Of a DNA stretch of 64,000 bases, positions 60,142-64,000 are shown piece after piece. The notes beneath the pieces were generated by a model that was not told the DNA's origin, searched no databases, and was given only the letters and a program-made list of their open reading frames with translations. The stretch is from Setoptus koraiensis (Eukaryota; Animalia; Arthropoda). The position numbers and the translations under genes were made by a program. The number at the start of each line of letters is the position of its first letter. The first letter of the stretch is position 1. The DNA is taken from positions 3,782,001 to 3,846,000 of the forward strand of contig CM106586.1 in the NCBI GenBank assembly GCA_048013815.1, read 5' to 3'.

Positions 60142-60823
60142 TTTATCAGAAGAATTCTACAATTTTACGACTTGATATTTTTTAATATGCAATTATTTGT
60201 GTACCACAAATTGAAAGTGTTAATAACTGTGCTGTGATAATAGATTTATGGTCGGAATATCCCATCAACTTGGTTCCAATGCCGTGTGCATGAGAAATGT
60301 CTTTTTATCAATTATGCTGGTATGTTCATGACAAAATTAACGATCCATATGTGTTCTGAAAGAACTCAAGTCTATAAGAGCTATCCAATAATGAGAATGA
60401 CCCAGGTCTCATAAGCTGACAAGTTAAGATGGCACAAGAGGGCAAGTACGAACAATACTGGTGTTACCAATAGTGCAGCTTGACAAGTCGAACTACAAAG
60501 ATGAAAGAAGCATCAGTGGTTATACAGCTTGGATAATTTTCTGCAGAACACTGTAGTGGTTCATTCGCTCAAGCTGTTTGCCCTAGTTTTTCTTTCTAAA
60601 GGAGACATCTGATCCGTATGTAGTAGACAGAAGAGGCCCGTATTGTGAGTTTGCGCAACAAAGCACAGCAACATATTCGCCACGTATTACAGGTGAATAA
60701 CAGAATGATAGACGTGGTGTGGCCTCTCGTTGTCACATGGGCGATAATTGCACGACTAGTTTTCTGGCCCCTTTTATTGAATTACGCATTGACAGTCTTG
60801 TTCTTGTATTGGTGACGATAACA

Positions 60824-61288
60824 CTATAAGTCACTTGTGCCGTCGTAGTAACCGGCATGATAGCCTGCATAATACCAAGATATGAGCATGTTCCGTAGAG
60901 CTTCGTCATGGAGGGCCGCTTTAGGTAATGGAGGGAGACCTGGTAGTGTTGGAGTCACGCTTTTAATCTTATCAGCGTTGTGCTCTGTAATCAATTCATC
61001 CATTGTAACAAATCTTTTTTCGCCTGTGTCGTGTCCCGTTGTAAGTGATATGTCTGGTGTCTGTGACGACGACGTTTGATTCTTGACACTTACCACGTTC
61101 TTCTCTTTAGATTTGTTCGTTCTGTCTTGTTTTGTTTCTTTTCGGGATTCTCCTTTGTCCAACTTGAGTCGATCATCTATGGCGGCTTGTATCTTGCGCA
61201 TGGACTTGTTATATTGCTCTATAAGTATGGTATCGTCCCAGGCTCCGTCATCACACTCGTCACGAATTGCCGACAATTTTTCACTCAT
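60824..61288 (-). CDS. SMN: Survival motor neuron protein (SMN), 154 aa, without a Tudor domain
   Basis: Gemin2-binding WDDTILIEQYNKSM, a Pro tract PTLPGLPPLP and YG box DEALRNMLISWYYAGYHAGYYDG. Confidence 0.9.
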   Translation of the reverse strand: MSEKLSAIRDECDDGAWDDTILIEQYNKSMRKIQAAIDDRLKLDKGESRKETKQDRTNKSKEKNVVSVKNQTSSSQTPDISLTTGHDTGEKRFVTMDELITEHNADKIKSVTPTLPGLPPLPKAALHDEALRNMLISWYYAGYHAGYYDGTSDL

Positions 61289-62170
61289 TATTCACCTGAG
61301 TACGAATGTTTTTTCGATTAATTTGTAAAATGATGGAGATGTGAGTCTAAAATGTAACTAAAAATAAAATATACTCTTTACAATAAATGAGCTCGGTACA
61401 CGTGATGGCATTTTCAATACTTTACACTTGCATTACTACCAGAGATGGATAAACAATTGTAAACACTGCTATGCACAACTTTTTTGGGCGCCAAGTTTGA
61501 AATTTTTCGAGCTAAGCTGGGGCCCGAACACAAAGTTGCCAATCCCTTTGGGGTTCTAGCTAACGAGCATGCGTATGCTATTCGCTCGGATTTACAGATC
61601 TATAATGCGTTGTGCCTCGACGAAGAAACTTTATGTAATTTGGTACATAGTTCATTATGGTAGCGTTACGTTGACTTGGGTTTGCGCAAACTCTAATAAT
61701 TTCACATCATAGTGGAAATCGGAACTTTGGTGTAGCCAGAATTCTATTGTGCGGTATGAGAATCAGAATGCGTGAATCATTTGTTCTGTTTGATCGTTTC
61801 ACATTACATCAATCATAGGCGTACGCTGTTTCATATAATAAATGGATGGACGCTTGGTTAATTGTTGCACCGATATGTCGCATCTGCGTGAAATACAAAT
61901 TATAAGCGGTCGATATAGTTGATATTATTACGTTCAGGAATCACTAACTCTCTTTTGTTGCAAGCCTTTACTAGCAGATGAATAATACAATCAGATCAAG
62001 CAACGAAAAATGAATGAGTTTTAGAAGAGCAACGACAACAACGTCAATTGCGGAACAAAAAGATTATTACTTTTGACTTTGTTCGACAAAACATTGAATA
62101 TTACAACAATAACTAGTATTGCAAGATTGTGGATTGTGTGAATTTGGCCAGCAGCAAATTAATTGGCATC

Positions 62171-63027
62171 ATGAGTAAAAATCAACAAGAAACAACAGAC
62201 TTGGAAGTTATTGGTTGCGGCGATAAACGATGTGAGCCGGCATCAAAAGATTTGCAAGCCACATCAACAAATATTTCGACACAGTCAACGTCAGTGAGCG
62301 AGACAATAATGCCATCGCAAGATAATGTGTCGTTGAATGCCGATGCCCCATCTAATAATGCAAACAACGAAGTTTCTTGTATTAATACCAAAAACAAAAA
62401 CAATTCTTGTGCTCAAAGAAAGATCAATAATCATCAAAGCAAATCTAGTCAACAGGATCAAGCTCGTGGACAATCACAGGCTAAAGATTACAAACATACT
62501 AATAACAGTGTGGCTCGCGGATATCGTGAAATAACCAGTATGCAACCAGAAGAAAACCAACGATTCAACGAACAGTATTCAATGGCCAGTAGTGGCAGCT
62601 TAAACAATAGTGCTGCCAGCTCTATTGAGGCAACAAACATGAATTCTTATCCAATTTGTAGTGTAGATAATTGTAACAATGATGATTTAATGCTGGGATA
62701 TAGCGACAGTTATATTATAAAAAATAGAAATAGAAGAAATAGAAATAGTAGTATTATTAGAGACATTAGTAATAATAGTAGACAATTAGTATACAGAAAT
62801 AATAGTAACAACAACATAACAATCAATAGCGATGAGACACAATCAATCACTACTGCAACAACAGCTTCAAATTCTACCCTCAACAATAGAAGAGATCAAA
62901 TGATGAACGACTCTCAACGTCAACTTGACCCTAATAATCCATACCCATTATATGCTCCAATAACATTCTGTTGTTTAGATCAAGTGTCTAAACCTCGCAG
63001 TTGGTGCCTGGCCATCGTCTCTAATAA
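62171..63027 (+). CDS. Ca-alpha1T: First coding exon of a T-type voltage-gated Ca channel alpha1 (Cav3 / Ca-alpha1T); the gene continues beyond the window
   Basis: YPLYAPITFCCLDQVSKPRSWCLAIVSN matches the Cav3 pre-IS1 motif (YP..AP..F..L.Q...PR.WCL..V.N). Similarity stops at an ATATCCTG 5' splice-site-like sequence. Confidence 0.85.
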
Positions 63028-63035
63028 ATATCCTG
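63028..63035 (+). other. Putative U12-type (AT-AC) 5' splice site
   Basis: AAT AA|ATATCCTG lies exactly where Cav3 similarity ends. The consensus is ATATCCTT. Confidence 0.75.
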
Positions 63036-63607
63036 CCTATTCAACACACAAACAACAGATTTCTATTTCCGAATCCCACTCACACAAAATCCATGAGAGA
63101 TCCATAACGGGCTAACAAGTAGCGACGACTACGAGGAACCGAGTAAGATATACAAATTAGCAGCTTATATCCGGCATGTACAAATTTGCAGTGGCAAACA
63201 TTCGTATCTCGTATTTCGTATGTCACATCTCGTACCGCATAAAAGTTTTACCTTTTTGTGATTGGTGCGTTTAGAGTTGATATACTTTTCGCCAATTACC
63301 TTTATCTGACAAACGAATGAAAGCACGCGATCGTTATCTTAGTGTGCCTGTCCGCGAGATGGATATCGATTCATCTTTTGTTATCTCTGCATGATTGGTG
63401 CATGTTGAACATACAAAAGTAAGAGTTAGCGGTGAGAATATCTTGTTATAAGTGTGTGTCTTTTTGACCATTGCGATCACAGGTCGCACCCGTTGGGGCC
63501 CCGTCGCTGCCGGGCCGGTCCGGTCCGATTTGGTTTTGCTCGGGCGCGAGTCGCCAGTTTACTGGCTGTGAAACGAATGAGCCAGCTCACTGAAGCTGTT
63601 GATCTTC

Positions 63608-63648
63608 TGATTGGCTCGCTGTGATTGGCTCGCTGTGATTGGCTCGCC
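63608..63648. promoter_or_regulatory. Triple 14-bp tandem repeat, each unit carrying an inverted CCAAT box
   Basis: (TGATTGGCTCGCTG)x2 + TGATTGGCTCGCC, next to a GC-rich patch at about 63490-63555. Confidence 0.5.
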
Positions 63649-64000
63649 TAGCAACGCCAGTGTTAACGCCAGGGGCCCATTGTACAGTGTTGCCAAATTT
63701 GAAATCGCAGTCACATAGTGCATGTGTATTTGTGTATTTGTGTTGCTCATCACAAATACACATGACGCCACACATAACTGTCGCCGACACGTGATTGCAA
63801 GTCCAACAATGTTGCAGACAAGATACAACGGAGCGCCTCGATGACACACATGATTGTTTGATTTGTTGATTGTGGCTGGCATTTGAAGCAGAAATTATTT
63901 GATTAGCTAGTCGGGAGTCAACTGGCTAACAGCCGACGTGCCACTGTGAAAAGGAGCGTAAAATTAGCACGAAAATGGGGCCCAACTTTTGCAGCCCAGT

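Noticed and set aside
63028-63115. ORF-track C-terminus of the 328-aa ORF (KYPAYSTH...)
   Set aside because: Interpreted as read-through into the U12-type intron, not real coding sequence.

Overview
This is AT-rich eukaryotic (arthropod-like) genomic DNA, gene-dense and very intron-poor. Most genes are single-exon, and the few introns I can place are 91-204 nt and mostly near gene 5' ends. That pattern is consistent with a streamlined acariform mite genome such as an eriophyoid (inference only). I can support about 22 protein genes: LIS1, a spliced RPL41 missed by the ORF track, bagpipe/NKX3-2, TRMT10, RFC2, Rab5, NDUFA13, a candidate mini-BRCA2, gephyrin/cinnamon, TAF1A-like, ADAT2, two tandem NADPH-cytochrome P450 reductases, a type II LAMP-like protein, a BAG3/starvin-like protein, Yorkie/YAP, a short muscle-like protein, ZFAND1, MSH4, CHMP4/shrub, a GLUT1-like transporter, SMN and exon 1 of a T-type Ca channel. 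A decayed histone H3 is also present. The most notable observations are four. (1) The CPR pair has one intronless and one spliced copy, about 1.6 kb near-identical across the FAD/NADPH part, but diverged in the membrane anchor and the acidic P450-docking face of the FMN domain. (2) Several proteins lack domains: Yorkie has no WW domain, SMN has no Tudor domain, a 252-aa protein has BRC-like and TR2-like motifs only, and MSH4 is N-truncated. (3) The Cav3 gene has a putative U12 AT-AC intron. (4) There is a LAMP-like domain in reversed topology. No rRNA, tRNA, CRISPR array or intact transposon was recognised. All family assignments are from motif recall, not database searches.
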